DNA of 62,724 nucleotides from positions 1 through 62,724 of the IMG/VR virus record IMGVR_UViG_3300025018_003784. One strand, given 5' to 3'. Below are positions 9,390 to 19,366 of this stretch, in pieces (the first letter of the stretch is position 1; every line of letters starts with the position of its first letter). A model generated the notes under the pieces. That model searched no databases. It was given only the letters and a program-made list of their open reading frames with translations, and was not told the origin of the DNA. Source of the stretch: a virus. Taxonomy: Duplodnaviria; Caudoviricetes. The position numbers were made by a program, and so were the translations under genes.

Positions 9390-9812
9390 ATGGAAGATAA
9401 ATTATGGGAAAATTGGGAAGACGATCTGGAAGAATTATATTGGAAATTCGATCAGGATGCTAAGAAGAAGAACTTATCTGAAAGGGATGTATTCAAAAAT
9501 AAAGTTAGGTGGTTCATCAATAAAATATTGTCCGTTCCAACAACTTTCGGATTTGAACAAGCAATTCGATTTCTCAAAGAAGGAAAGATGGTTGCTAGAA
9601 TCGGATGGAACGGCAAAGGGATGTGGCTAAAATTAGTCGCAATGGATCACTATTCAATTATTGAAAAAGCTGTAGGGATTAACATGGGAGATGGGCATGA
9701 TGAATGGAATTTGCTCCCCTGGATTGGAATGAAAACAGCTGATGACAAGTTCGTTCCTTGGCTTGCTTCTCAAACAGACATGCTGGCAGAAGATTGGATA
9801 TTATTCAAATGA
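9390..9812 (+). CDS. DUF2829 / Thoeris anti-defence Tad2-like protein with N-terminal extension
   Basis: 'FEQAIRFLKEGKMVARIGWNGKGMWL...PWLASQTDMLAEDW'. Confidence 0.8.
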   Translation: MEDKLWENWEDDLEELYWKFDQDAKKKNLSERDVFKNKVRWFINKILSVPTTFGFEQAIRFLKEGKMVARIGWNGKGMWLKLVAMDHYSIIEKAVGINMGDGHDEWNLLPWIGMKTADDKFVPWLASQTDMLAEDWILFK

Positions 9813-10057
9813 TTTTAGAAAAATTCGATAAACAAGCGTTTTATCCAGGCTTACAAGTTGAAGTGAAATTTGCTTATACTTCTAGAGTATTTCAAATCGC
9901 TCAAGTGGATTTTGAAGATCGAGTAGTCACCGATAAAAATGGGAATAGATATCTGTGCGAGGATATTATACAATTTATTCCGCCTGTAGATTATGATCCT
10001 TGCATATCTTGTGGAGCCATCCATCATCCGATGCAAAATACTTTATGTAAAAGGTGA
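9809..10057 (+). CDS. hypothetical protein with C-terminal Cys/His cluster
   Basis: ATG 9809 overlapping the preceding stop. Confidence 0.55.
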   Translation: MILEKFDKQAFYPGLQVEVKFAYTSRVFQIAQVDFEDRVVTDKNGNRYLCEDIIQFIPPVDYDPCISCGAIHHPMQNTLCKR

Positions 10058-10060
10058 TAA

Positions 10061-10663
10061 ATGAAAAAACAATCAAATGATTACAAAAGTGAATCCATAA
10101 GACAATCCTACGCAATTCTTCTTTCTCAGAATTATGAAAGACTTTGGAGTTTAATTTGCTCAGGTCAAACAATTATAGGGGTGTTAGATGTAGTTGAACA
10201 TGGCTACAAAGATGAAAAATATTTAATTGAAAGGTGTGTTCAAATTAAAAGAACTCAAGATGGCTTTCTTGCTATAGTTTCAACTGGTGTAGGTTACTCG
10301 GGAGGCTGGGAAACTTATGAAGAATTCTTAGAACTTTGTAAATTCTATAATTTAAGTTTTATTGATAACAATATGCTTAAATCAGAGATAGGTGAAATAA
10401 TTACTGAAGATAGGAAATGTAATAAAAATGAAAGATTATTTTTGGATGAGTTAAAAGCTATATGCGAGTGGGATAATCCTCCTTCTTATTTTAAAGGGGT
10501 TTTATTATGCTACTTCGAAGATAGATCTCTAGTTTTTAAAATTCCTCAATCGTTATTTAAAAGTAATTTAAAAGAACTCGCCTCACTTGAATCATCATCA
10601 GTCGATAAGATAGAACTACTGATGAGGAGAGCTAAATTGCAACATGGACAATTGAGGGATTGA
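10061..10663 (+). CDS. hypothetical protein
   Basis: ORF in operon. Confidence 0.65.
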   Translation: MKKQSNDYKSESIRQSYAILLSQNYERLWSLICSGQTIIGVLDVVEHGYKDEKYLIERCVQIKRTQDGFLAIVSTGVGYSGGWETYEEFLELCKFYNLSFIDNNMLKSEIGEIITEDRKCNKNERLFLDELKAICEWDNPPSYFKGVLLCYFEDRSLVFKIPQSLFKSNLKELASLESSSVDKIELLMRRAKLQHGQLRD

Positions 10664-10664
10664 A

Positions 10665-11057
10665 ATGAGTCAAATTTTAGTCTCGGATTTATCTTGGTTA
10701 AATGAATTCTCTAAAGAAGAAATCATCTTGTGGATTCATCAAAATTGTTACAATCGTTATCCTAAAAAAAGTGATGTTTTATTTATTAAATGGCAAAACC
10801 TCATTAATGAAATTCATATAGAACAGAATGATCTTAATCAATTTTTTCAATCCATCGATTTCAAGTTGAGAGATGAATTAGCTACTCATTTTAATAAAAG
10901 TAAAGATATCAATGAACGAAGTAGATTAATCGAAAAAATGAAGCCTTATGAATTAAGCATTGAAAAGTATTTAAAGAGATTGGAAATTTTGGATTCAATG
11001 AGAGCTAAGGCTGCTCAAGTATATAATTCAATTAATTCATCGAGGTTAGAGGAATGA
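10665..11057 (+). CDS. hypothetical protein
   Basis: ORF in operon. Confidence 0.65.
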   Translation: MSQILVSDLSWLNEFSKEEIILWIHQNCYNRYPKKSDVLFIKWQNLINEIHIEQNDLNQFFQSIDFKLRDELATHFNKSKDINERSRLIEKMKPYELSIEKYLKRLEILDSMRAKAAQVYNSINSSRLEE

Positions 11058-11248
11058 AAAAATATTCAAATTGCATTCAGATTCTTTCTTATTCAATTGC
11101 ATTATGTTTATATTGTTATGCGGCTAGGAACGCTTTTGTTTATGATAATTTGACTCACGTGCAATTGGTTAAGAAAGATTGGTATATATATTTAAGTTTT
11201 ATAGGTTCATTTTTTTTGGGGCTATATGGATGGAGAAAAAATGATTAA
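11054..11248 (+). CDS. small two-TM membrane protein
   Basis: Two hydrophobic segments; GAGG RBS. Confidence 0.55.
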   Translation: MKKYSNCIQILSYSIALCLYCYAARNAFVYDNLTHVQLVKKDWYIYLSFIGSFFLGLYGWRKND

Positions 11249-11780
11249 AATGCAACACATAGAAAATTTAGAAGTTAAACCTATTTTATTTTTAGATCTA
11301 GATGGAACTGTCAGAAAACCAACTAAGGGAAAGCAATTTGCTGTCCATCCACAAGATTATGAACTATATCCAAATATAGAAAAGTTAATTTGGTCATATA
11401 GAGAGAATGGATATATAATTGCAGGCATAACAAATCAAGGAGGAGTTTCTCATGGCTTTAAAACTCCTATTGAAGTTGAGCAAGAATTAGATTTCTTGAT
11501 CTCACTTTTCACTAAAAGTCCTTTTCATATAATTAAAGCATGCTTGCATCAAGAAGGAGGAAAAGTATTTCCGTATAACAGAAAGTCTTTGTGTAGAAAA
11601 CCAAATATCGGTATGCTTGCATTAATTGAATATGAATTACATAATCATGGTTTTGTCATTGATTGGGATAATTCTATGTTGATTGGCGATAGAGAAGAAG
11701 ATCGAAAATGTGCGGAAAATGCAGAGTTGAAATTTATTTGGGCTGATTCTTGGAGAGGAGATAAGGAGCTAATTAATTGA
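11241..11780 (+). CDS. HAD-IIIA phosphatase (GmhB / polynucleotide 3'-phosphatase-like)
   Basis: 'FLDLDGTV', 'TNQGGV', 'CRKPNIGM', 'IGDREED'. Confidence 0.9.
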   Translation: MIKMQHIENLEVKPILFLDLDGTVRKPTKGKQFAVHPQDYELYPNIEKLIWSYRENGYIIAGITNQGGVSHGFKTPIEVEQELDFLISLFTKSPFHIIKACLHQEGGKVFPYNRKSLCRKPNIGMLALIEYELHNHGFVIDWDNSMLIGDREEDRKCAENAELKFIWADSWRGDKELIN

Positions 11781-12135
11781 AATGTACAGTTCTAAGAGTT
11801 CAAAATTTGGGAGAAAATATCCCTTCATTCAAAAACGCAAAAGTGATAGCGAAAAAGTGGAACTCCAAAGAGTCATTTGTCAGGACAGATCCAAAAGTAA
11901 AAGCCAGATTAACGAAAATTACCTTAATGATATCGCAATCCTTCTTATCATCTTCCAGGTCTCAGATAATCGAAGAAGAGACATTGATGGGATGGTTGCA
12001 ACTGTTTTTGACTCTCTTGTGCATGGACGAGTCCTCAAGGACGACTCGTTACGAGACATACCTTCGGTCATTGCTACGTTCGTTAGATGCAAAAAGGGAG
12101 AAGAAGGGGTAGATTTAATTTTAATTGAACCTTAA
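11777..12135 (+). CDS. rusA: RusA-like Holliday junction resolvase, apparently split over two frames
   Basis: Catalytic 'NRRRDIDGMVATVFDSL...LKDDS' in the 11782 frame; 'IPSFKN' N-terminus with AAGGAG RBS in the 11777 frame. Confidence 0.65.
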
Positions 12136-12175
12136 AAGAATGTTGATTGGGAAATTAAATGGAAGGGATTGATTT

Positions 12176-13018
12176 ATGGTGTTAACTGAAAAATATATTC
12201 AGGTTAGTATTGAGGATTTAATTTTTCATCCTGAGAACTCTGTATTCAAAGCAAAAAGCGAAGAATTTATTAAATTATTAGCAAAGGACATTGAGACTCA
12301 TGGTTTAAAGGAACCAATAGAAATAAATGAAAGGAACATGATCCTATCTGGAGAAAATAGAGTGAAAGCCTATAAGCTATTAGGAAGAACTTCTATTCTT
12401 TGTCAGATAGTTAAAGTAGATAATGAACTCGAATATATAATATCCAGAAATGTAGGACGAAGACAAATTTCATTTAACGATAGAGTACTAATTTATAGAA
12501 AAGTTTTTCCTAAGATTTTTTCCTTGAAAAAGGTTTTTGGATCAGAAATCCAAGAACTATCCAAACGATTATTAATCCCTAAAAAAACAATAGAATCTGA
12601 TTTTACAAAAATCCGAAATGGAAATGCAAAAGCAGTTAGTATAGAAGAATTAAAAGAGAAATGGGAGAAAAATAACCTCAAAGGCTTGAAAGTATCGATT
12701 ATTGATATGGGGAATAGCAATTTTCTTCTTAAAGTTTCAGGTAAAAAAATTGAATACGAGTTTGGTCCAGGTCCATATAAAAAAGTTATTAAGGATGCCT
12801 TTGATGCATCTGAAAGTGATCTTTTCAAAAGAGAAAATTTTGAGAAAGGGAATCTTAATATGGAGATTAAGAAACTCAGAGTAGAAGCTGGCCTCACTCA
12901 ATTTCAATTAGGACAAAAAATAGGATATAGCCAATCTTATATAGCCGAATTTGAATCTGGTAGATGGGAAGTGACAAATGAATTATATGAACAAATAAGA
13001 GAGATTTGTTTAATTTAA
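12176..13018 (+). CDS. ParB/Srx N-terminal domain fused to C-terminal XRE-type HTH
   Basis: 'HPEN...GLKEPI...ILSGENRVKA...RNVGRRQ' and 'IKKLRVEAGLTQFQLGQKIGYSQSYIAEFESG'. Confidence 0.85.
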   Translation: MVLTEKYIQVSIEDLIFHPENSVFKAKSEEFIKLLAKDIETHGLKEPIEINERNMILSGENRVKAYKLLGRTSILCQIVKVDNELEYIISRNVGRRQISFNDRVLIYRKVFPKIFSLKKVFGSEIQELSKRLLIPKKTIESDFTKIRNGNAKAVSIEELKEKWEKNNLKGLKVSIIDMGNSNFLLKVSGKKIEYEFGPGPYKKVIKDAFDASESDLFKRENFEKGNLNMEIKKLRVEAGLTQFQLGQKIGYSQSYIAEFESGRWEVTNELYEQIREICLI

Positions 13019-13022
13019 GTAT

Positions 13023-13583
13023 ATGAAGAAAGCTAAGCCTAATAAAAGAATAGACTCAGGGACTCGTGAAGAAATAAAAATTGCTTACCTTTCTGGCATT
13101 TCTATTGATGAGATTATTAAAAAATTCAATATAACTAAGACTCAATTTGAAAAACTTAGAACTCGGTTCAAATGGAAATCCATTTCCAAGGAAATAGAAC
13201 AACGAACCGAAGAGTTAGTTATCGAGCAGTTAGCACATACTAGAGCTAAAGTTCTCAATCAAATGCATCAAGATTCTTTGATTATAATCAGTAATTGTAT
13301 GAAAAGACTTAAGGATGAATCTGAATATGATGATATCCCAGTTTATAATTCTGAGGGTGAAGTAGTTGGGCATAAAAAGGTATATCAAGAGATAAATGCC
13401 TTAATTAGAGGTTGGAGCCTAGCTTATTCAAAGTTACTTCGTTCTATTGGTGAACCTGAAGTAATTAGAGAAAAACCAGATAACGGGAATACCAAGCAGC
13501 CAATTATTCAAATACTTATGGACACTGGATTGAGACCTGAATTCAAAGAGAAAATTATTAATGCAAGTTTAGCTAAACAATAA
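13023..13583 (+). CDS. probable terminase small subunit
   Basis: N-terminal HTH and helical body, directly upstream of terL. Confidence 0.6.
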   Translation: MKKAKPNKRIDSGTREEIKIAYLSGISIDEIIKKFNITKTQFEKLRTRFKWKSISKEIEQRTEELVIEQLAHTRAKVLNQMHQDSLIIISNCMKRLKDESEYDDIPVYNSEGEVVGHKKVYQEINALIRGWSLAYSKLLRSIGEPEVIREKPDNGNTKQPIIQILMDTGLRPEFKEKIINASLAKQ

Positions 13584-13598
13584 GCCCAATATTCTAAT

Positions 13599-13623
13599 CC
13601 GATACTCCTATCCAATTTATAGT
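13599..13623 (+). promoter_or_regulatory. late promoter motif CCGATA-N13-TATAGT (terL)
   Basis: One of 12 copies with identical spacing. Confidence 0.7.
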
Positions 13624-13632
13624 ATTAGGAGT

Positions 13633-15087
13633 ATGGCTTTATCTAGGAAGAAAAGGGGAATAACTAAATCAGATCAACCTACACTCATTCCATCTGAGGT
13701 TGATTTATCAAAAATATATTCTCCAAAACAAATAGATGCTCTCAAGAATGAGATATCAAGTATCGTTCTTAATCAGATATGTTACGATGGAGGCGCTCGT
13801 TCAGGTAAGACTTATCTGGTAGTAAAAATTATTATAGGAAGGGCTTTAGCTTCTCCAGGTTCAAGGCATTTAATAGCCCGTTATCGTCTCAATCATTTAC
13901 GGATTTCTGTATGGAGACAAACATTGCTTGCAATGTTAAACGAAATGGGAATGGAAGACGGAAGAGATTACCAGATCGATTCTCAAAATATGATCTTAAT
14001 CTTCTCGAATGGTGCAGAAATCTATGGTGCTGGACTAGATGATTCTGATCGTGTTGAGAAAATCATGGGTACAGAGTTTAACACAATTTTTATCAATGAA
14101 GCTACCCAAATATCTTATCAAACTTTTCAAAAGATCATTACAAGGTTATCATACATCCGTGAAGAATTGATCAACAAATTCTTGATAGATTGCAACCCTA
14201 GAAACAAATTTCATTGGATATATAAATACTTCATCCTTAAACAAGATCCCGAAACAGGGGAAGCACTTTCTGAAAATAAGATGAAACGCATCTTTCGAAG
14301 AAATTGGACACCTCTTGATAATCCATTTCTTTCCGAGGACTATGTTGAGACACTTTCCGAATTAACAGGTACCGAACTAGACCGACTCTATAAAGGACTA
14401 TGGGTAAATGTTCAAGGTCTAGTTTATCCTATGATAGAAAATTGTATAGTTGAACCTTTTGAGATTCCCAAAGATTGGGACTGTGCAGGAGCCGTTGACT
14501 TTGGATATACTAATCCTTTTGTATTTCTATGGTTTCATTATGACAAATCTAATGAAACTTGGTACTTAACTCATGAGCACTATCAGACTGAAAAAACTGT
14601 AAGATGGCACTGCGATAAAATCAAAGAAATTAAAATTCCTAACAGCTTCATAGTTTCAGATCATGATGCTGAAGATAGGGCTACAATGGTTGAATGTGGG
14701 ATTCCTACTCAAGCTGCAGATAAAGATATATCAACAGGGATTCAATCAGTAATCTCTTTATTGTCAGCTGAGAAAGGATTAAAATTGAAAATCTTTAGAA
14801 GTTGCGTAAAGACCATTGAAGAAGGTGCAACTTATTCTTGGGAAGAGCCTAAAGATGGCAAGAATGCAAAAGAGGTTCCCAAAAAAGATTTGGATCACGC
14901 AATGGATGCTCTTAGATATTTTGCTAACAGAGTTGTAGGGAAAAAGAGAACCATTAATACTATGGATCCCGAAAAGCTAAAAGCGAGAGCTCAAGAGAGA
15001 GAAAAAGAAAACAAAACTGCTTCTGATATTCAATCTGAGAGATTCAAAAAAATGGGATTAGATCCGTCATTTTTCACAAAAAGGTAA
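13633..15087 (+). CDS. terL: terminase large subunit (PBSX-like)
   Basis: Walker A 'GGARSGKT', Walker B 'IFINEA', 'DCNP', nuclease 'DFGYTNP', 'DHAMDALRY'. Confidence 0.95.
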   Translation: MALSRKKRGITKSDQPTLIPSEVDLSKIYSPKQIDALKNEISSIVLNQICYDGGARSGKTYLVVKIIIGRALASPGSRHLIARYRLNHLRISVWRQTLLAMLNEMGMEDGRDYQIDSQNMILIFSNGAEIYGAGLDDSDRVEKIMGTEFNTIFINEATQISYQTFQKIITRLSYIREELINKFLIDCNPRNKFHWIYKYFILKQDPETGEALSENKMKRIFRRNWTPLDNPFLSEDYVETLSELTGTELDRLYKGLWVNVQGLVYPMIENCIVEPFEIPKDWDCAGAVDFGYTNPFVFLWFHYDKSNETWYLTHEHYQTEKTVRWHCDKIKEIKIPNSFIVSDHDAEDRATMVECGIPTQAADKDISTGIQSVISLLSAEKGLKLKIFRSCVKTIEEGATYSWEEPKDGKNAKEVPKKDLDHAMDALRYFANRVVGKKRTINTMDPEKLKARAQEREKENKTASDIQSERFKKMGLDPSFFTKR

Positions 15088-15097
15088 AATATAAAAA

Positions 15098-15122
15098 CCG
15101 ATAAAGTTTGATTTGATACTCT
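15098..15122 (+). promoter_or_regulatory. late promoter motif CCGATA-N13-TACTCT
   Basis: Conserved motif and spacing. Confidence 0.65.
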
Positions 15123-15152
15123 AAATCAAATTACTTTGTGGAGAATTAACCA

Positions 15153-15569
15153 ATGCAAGAAAATGAAGATACCATCCAAAATGAAGATCAAAAAACTTCT
15201 GAGGCTGAGCCAAGAAATTATGGAAATCTTGAATCTGATACATTAACAAAAGAAGAAGATGCAATCCAAAATCCAGATGGAAAAACCGATGAACCTGAAG
15301 ATTCATCAGAGAAAGATGTTAAAGAAGAAGCTGCTAGTCAAACCCCAATAAAAGAATTCAAAAAGGAAGAAGTTCTTAAATCTCCAGATACTAAAGAAAG
15401 CAAGGGTCAATTTTTATCCAGTGCAATTATGAAGTTACCGGAGCAAGATAAGAAAAAATTGTACGACACAATTAACTCCTACGCCCAGAATCAGCTTCCT
15501 ATGGAAACCTTTCTTTCTGCAATTGCCAACAAGATTGAACAGCTATTAATCAATAGAAAAATTGTTTAA
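15153..15569 (+). CDS. acidic, largely disordered hypothetical protein
   Basis: GGAG RBS; contains VLKS motif. Confidence 0.7.
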   Translation: MQENEDTIQNEDQKTSEAEPRNYGNLESDTLTKEEDAIQNPDGKTDEPEDSSEKDVKEEAASQTPIKEFKKEEVLKSPDTKESKGQFLSSAIMKLPEQDKKKLYDTINSYAQNQLPMETFLSAIANKIEQLLINRKIV

Positions 15570-15586
15570 ATAGTTTCAATTTTTTT

Positions 15587-16579
15587 ATGAAGAGGGAATC
15601 TCCTTTCTCAAGTTATAGATTCATCAGAGAATTACAATATGCATTTGCTTATTATTTACTAAATGTTCAACATACAATTTTAGGAAATTCAAAAAGCAGC
15701 ATTGATATAACTATCGAAAAGAGTATTCTCTCTGGAATTCAAAAAGCCTTTGGGAAAATAAGATCTAAATTCTTCGGTAAATTGGTTGAACCCATCGAGT
15801 TTGATCAACCTTATCTTGATGTTATCTATGATCCAGAATTTGATTATTCTAAATACAGAAGAAATTCTAAATCAATAGATTTTCCTGAAGGAACAGTAAA
15901 ACGAAATCAACTAAGTAATGTAGATAAAGAGATTTTCGATTTTTTGGATCAGGATTGGAATCAAGTATATAAGGAGACTAGAGATAAATCAACTATTCTA
16001 GGTTATATTGCTGAGTATATGCTTGGGAAAGGAGAGAATCCTGATGACCTTGCTCAGATGACTCTTCCGGAGGTTTCCAATACTCTAGAAAATAAATATA
16101 ACTTCCCTGGATTAGAAAATATAGATGAGTTAATCAAATCAACTGGGCTTTCAAAAGATCGAGTCTATCAACTAATTTATGCAAATGCTAAGGGCGCTGA
16201 GTGGTTAGCCGTTTATGATGATTTAGGACAAAGATCTGGGAAGTCCTACGACTTAGTTACAAGGATGTATAGACAACAAATCGCCGAGGCACTAGCAAGA
16301 AACGCTACTATCGGAGAGATTAGATCAATTATGATATCACCTGATGATGATATGATTAAAGATGCTCTAGGTTTATTCGATGAAAATCTATCAGAATCAC
16401 AACGTCTTGAAAAAGAAAGAGAGTACGAAGAAATAATAACCAATCATCTAAACAGAGATATGGGAAGGTTCGCTTTCACTGAGGTTATGATAAATGCTAA
16501 CAATGGAAGGTTAATTCAATTGCTTCAAGAATCAAAATCAAATACTCCTATGTATATAAAATTTCAAAGGGTTTTCTAA
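15587..16579 (+). CDS. MuF/SPP1 gp7-like head morphogenesis protein, N-terminal part
   Basis: 'RDMGRFAFTEVMINANNGRL' resembles the MuF R-x-ARTE...A-N-G motif; Cys/His C-terminal half missing. Confidence 0.6.
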   Translation: MKRESPFSSYRFIRELQYAFAYYLLNVQHTILGNSKSSIDITIEKSILSGIQKAFGKIRSKFFGKLVEPIEFDQPYLDVIYDPEFDYSKYRRNSKSIDFPEGTVKRNQLSNVDKEIFDFLDQDWNQVYKETRDKSTILGYIAEYMLGKGENPDDLAQMTLPEVSNTLENKYNFPGLENIDELIKSTGLSKDRVYQLIYANAKGAEWLAVYDDLGQRSGKSYDLVTRMYRQQIAEALARNATIGEIRSIMISPDDDMIKDALGLFDENLSESQRLEKEREYEEIITNHLNRDMGRFAFTEVMINANNGRLIQLLQESKSNTPMYIKFQRVF

Positions 16580-16589
16580 TTAGAGATTT

Positions 16590-17873
16590 ATGAGAGATAT
16601 ATTAGAGTTTATAAAGGATCAAAAAGAAGATTTAAAAAGTATTGTAAAATCAGTTTTAGAACCTGGAAGTCGAGGTGGTATAATAGTGCGATTTCTTGAA
16701 GATGGTTTTCCTTTGTATGCTTCGCAAGTAAGTGGGTTAGGGGACAGCAATGTAAATAATGGAGAATTTGATGAAAAATTTGGAAAGAAATTTAACATCT
16801 TTTCTAAAAAACCTTATGAAGCAATCGCACATCTAAGAATTGTTAAAGAAGGTTATGTGCCTGGTGCTTTTCAACGAAGTGATATCGGGTCTATAGACTT
16901 AATTTGGGGGAATGAAAAAGCAGGACTTTGTCATATTATTTCAAAAAGAGAATCGGAAAATTATGACATTAATAAATTCCTTTTAGTGCTCCCTAAAATT
17001 ATTGAAAATGGCATCGCTAAAACAAATAAAAATGATCCCAATAGAGTTGATATTATTCATGAGAATCCAAGAGCTATTGCTGTAATCTCACTTTTGAAAA
17101 ACGAAAGATATAATCCTTGGTTAATTACATCTTTTAAGTTAAGAAAGAAGGCATTCGAGAGGACGAGTGACGCTCCCGATTATCTGAAATCAACGATTGC
17201 TCCAAAGTCTGCGGTTCCTGATTCCTGCCTTCTAGAAGAGATATACTCATCTTTTATTAATTTTTCAAAGAAAGATGAAAGAAGTCAAGAACAAATTCTA
17301 ATTCAAAAATCCAGCATAACATCAAATCCGATTATATGTGATGCATGTCTTGAATATGAACAACAAATAGCAAGATTATTTGAATCAGAAGAAGCATTAA
17401 AGTCTTCAGGATTATGGGATGGTGAAGATCGTATCAAGGGTGATCAAATTACAGACATAGCAGTTTGGCCAGGGAAAAGTAATGCTGGACGTGGTTCTAT
17501 GAGTAATTGGTGGTTTTGTGCACCAGCTCATCCGAATTGTTCTCATGAATACAATCAATATTCTCCTTCCATTGAAATTGATGAATTGAATGAAATCTTC
17601 AATAAAGAAAAGTTTTTAGCTGAGAACAAAGAGTATTTAGATTCTATTAAGGAGCAAGCTTCAGAAAACAAAAGAATCAATAGAATACTAAATCGTCTCG
17701 ATCGAGAATCGGTTCAAAAATCTCTTATTTTTAATAATGGAATCTATAGATCAGGAATTTATGAGGCACATACTTGCGCTCATGATCATTCCGATAATTG
17801 CAATCATGGTATAACTGAATTTGAAGATGATAACTGGTTAAATCAATATTTAGATTGGAGACTTAAAAAATGA
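16590..17873 (+). CDS. PBECR-type RNase domain fused to C-terminal half of MuF
   Basis: 'IGSIDLIWGNEKAGLCHIISKR...WLITSF' (PBECR), then 'ICDAC...PAHPNCSH' (MuF metal-binding motif). Confidence 0.7.
   Translation: MRDILEFIKDQKEDLKSIVKSVLEPGSRGGIIVRFLEDGFPLYASQVSGLGDSNVNNGEFDEKFGKKFNIFSKKPYEAIAHLRIVKEGYVPGAFQRSDIGSIDLIWGNEKAGLCHIISKRESENYDINKFLLVLPKIIENGIAKTNKNDPNRVDIIHENPRAIAVISLLKNERYNPWLITSFKLRKKAFERTSDAPDYLKSTIAPKSAVPDSCLLEEIYSSFINFSKKDERSQEQILIQKSSITSNPIICDACLEYEQQIARLFESEEALKSSGLWDGEDRIKGDQITDIAVWPGKSNAGRGSMSNWWFCAPAHPNCSHEYNQYSPSIEIDELNEIFNKEKFLAENKEYLDSIKEQASENKRINRILNRLDRESVQKSLIFNNGIYRSGIYEAHTCAHDHSDNCNHGITEFEDDNWLNQYLDWRLKK
17141..17268 (-). ncRNA. candidate antisense sRNA cassette A with promoter
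   Basis: Minus-strand TTGAAA-N17-TATATC (17268-17240); closing stem AGAAGGCA/TGCCTTCT (17146-53/17226-33); U-rich end. Confidence 0.5.
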
Positions 17874-18112
17874 GTAAAACTTTAGTAAGTGGATGGGTAA
17901 AAAAATTTATTCCTCAAGATCAAGATACGAAACGTGGAGGATTTGGATTTATTGTTTCAGATAACAAAGAATATTTCTTTAATATTAAAAATTGCAATAT
18001 CCCATCCGAACACATAAAGCAAGGATTAGAGGTTAAATTTAAACCGATCATTGGAATTGATAAAGTAAAAAATATTCCAGCAGACCAAGCTGTAAACGTA
18101 GAATTCGCTTAA
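17870..18112 (+). CDS. cold-shock domain protein
   Basis: 'GWVKKF...GFGFI...EYFF...GLEVKF...AVNV'. Confidence 0.8.
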   Translation: MSKTLVSGWVKKFIPQDQDTKRGGFGFIVSDNKEYFFNIKNCNIPSEHIKQGLEVKFKPIIGIDKVKNIPADQAVNVEFA

Positions 18113-18233
18113 ATGATATCCTTACTATTCTTTCAGATGTTAACAATAGGTTGGATGTTTATAAAAGCACCTAAGATAGAATCATCTTACTCAATCATCT
18201 TTAAAAATAGATCTTTTGTAAGGGTTATAAAGT

Positions 18234-19349
18234 TTGAATAAGATTGGTCCAGGAGGAGAAACTCCGTTTCCAATACCTACAAAACCTAACGTATTTACAC
18301 CCCTTCGAAATGAAGAGCTCCTTGAAAGAAGAGGTGAGTCAGCATTATGGTTTCGGATGTCACCATGTCCATGTCCTCAACAAGATCGAGTACCAGATTG
18401 TAAGCTTTGCTATGAAGGAGAAATTCGAACATTCCAAGAGGATTTAGAGATATATGAAGAAATCTCCTGGAAAGTGGATGGGAATAGAGTTTATACTCGG
18501 TATGGACCAATAGAATCGGTAAAAAGTATTTCGTTGTTAGCTAGAGGTGAAACCAAACCTTTAGTTATTAAAAAAATAAATGATAGTTTTATTGAACTAG
18601 ATAGTGATTTACCTTATTATTATCAGGTTCAATTAGATTACAAAGTAAAGTTAGTTGAAACAATTGCCATTGAGATGGTAGGTAATAACGAGCATTTATT
18701 AATTTCCAACTTATCAAATAGGTATATCATAGGGGTTGAAGAACTTTATCACGTTGAAGATGAGAAATCTTTTAATCAGAGAAAGGTAGATTGGAAATCA
18801 TTTAACTTAAATTCGATTACCTTAAATGAAAGAACTTCTGGAAAGTATCGAGCTAAGGTGAAAGTTATAAATCCAGTGAAGGTTGCTTATAAAACCTTTA
18901 CAATCGAAAAAAGACAAGGACTCTCCAGTTCTTTGGTTCAGCTTCCCGATGGAGAAATCTTAGCCGTTATGGGGTCTGGATATAAAATGGGCGAAGGAGA
19001 CATTATAACACTTTTATTTTCAACTGTAAGGCATTCACAATTTGTTCCTTTCAAAGCAGGGAATTTTGATCGATTGCCTTTTACTCCAATATCAGATGTA
19101 AATAAGATTATTTCCAAAGACACTAGAGGACTTAAGGAGTATAAACAAGGTATAGATTTTGTTATTTTTGGAGATTCCAGAATTCAATGGCTCACCGATA
19201 AACCTAGGGACGGCTATACTATAATATATGATTACCATCCAACTTTTCGGGTAACTGGATTTGTAGAAGGGGGTTCAGGAGAAGATCGTCCTAAGCCTAG
19301 ACAATTCAAGATGAAGGCTATCCCAAGTTTCCATGGTAATTATAAGTAA
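18234..19349 (+). CDS. putative neck/head-closure structural protein
   Basis: 'CPCP...DCKLCYEG' N-terminal motif as in Herelleviridae-like neck proteins; late region. Confidence 0.5.
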   Translation: MNKIGPGGETPFPIPTKPNVFTPLRNEELLERRGESALWFRMSPCPCPQQDRVPDCKLCYEGEIRTFQEDLEIYEEISWKVDGNRVYTRYGPIESVKSISLLARGETKPLVIKKINDSFIELDSDLPYYYQVQLDYKVKLVETIAIEMVGNNEHLLISNLSNRYIIGVEELYHVEDEKSFNQRKVDWKSFNLNSITLNERTSGKYRAKVKVINPVKVAYKTFTIEKRQGLSSSLVQLPDGEILAVMGSGYKMGEGDIITLLFSTVRHSQFVPFKAGNFDRLPFTPISDVNKIISKDTRGLKEYKQGIDFVIFGDSRIQWLTDKPRDGYTIIYDYHPTFRVTGFVEGGSGEDRPKPRQFKMKAIPSFHGNYK

Positions 19350-19366
19350 TATACTTTAGAGGTTCT

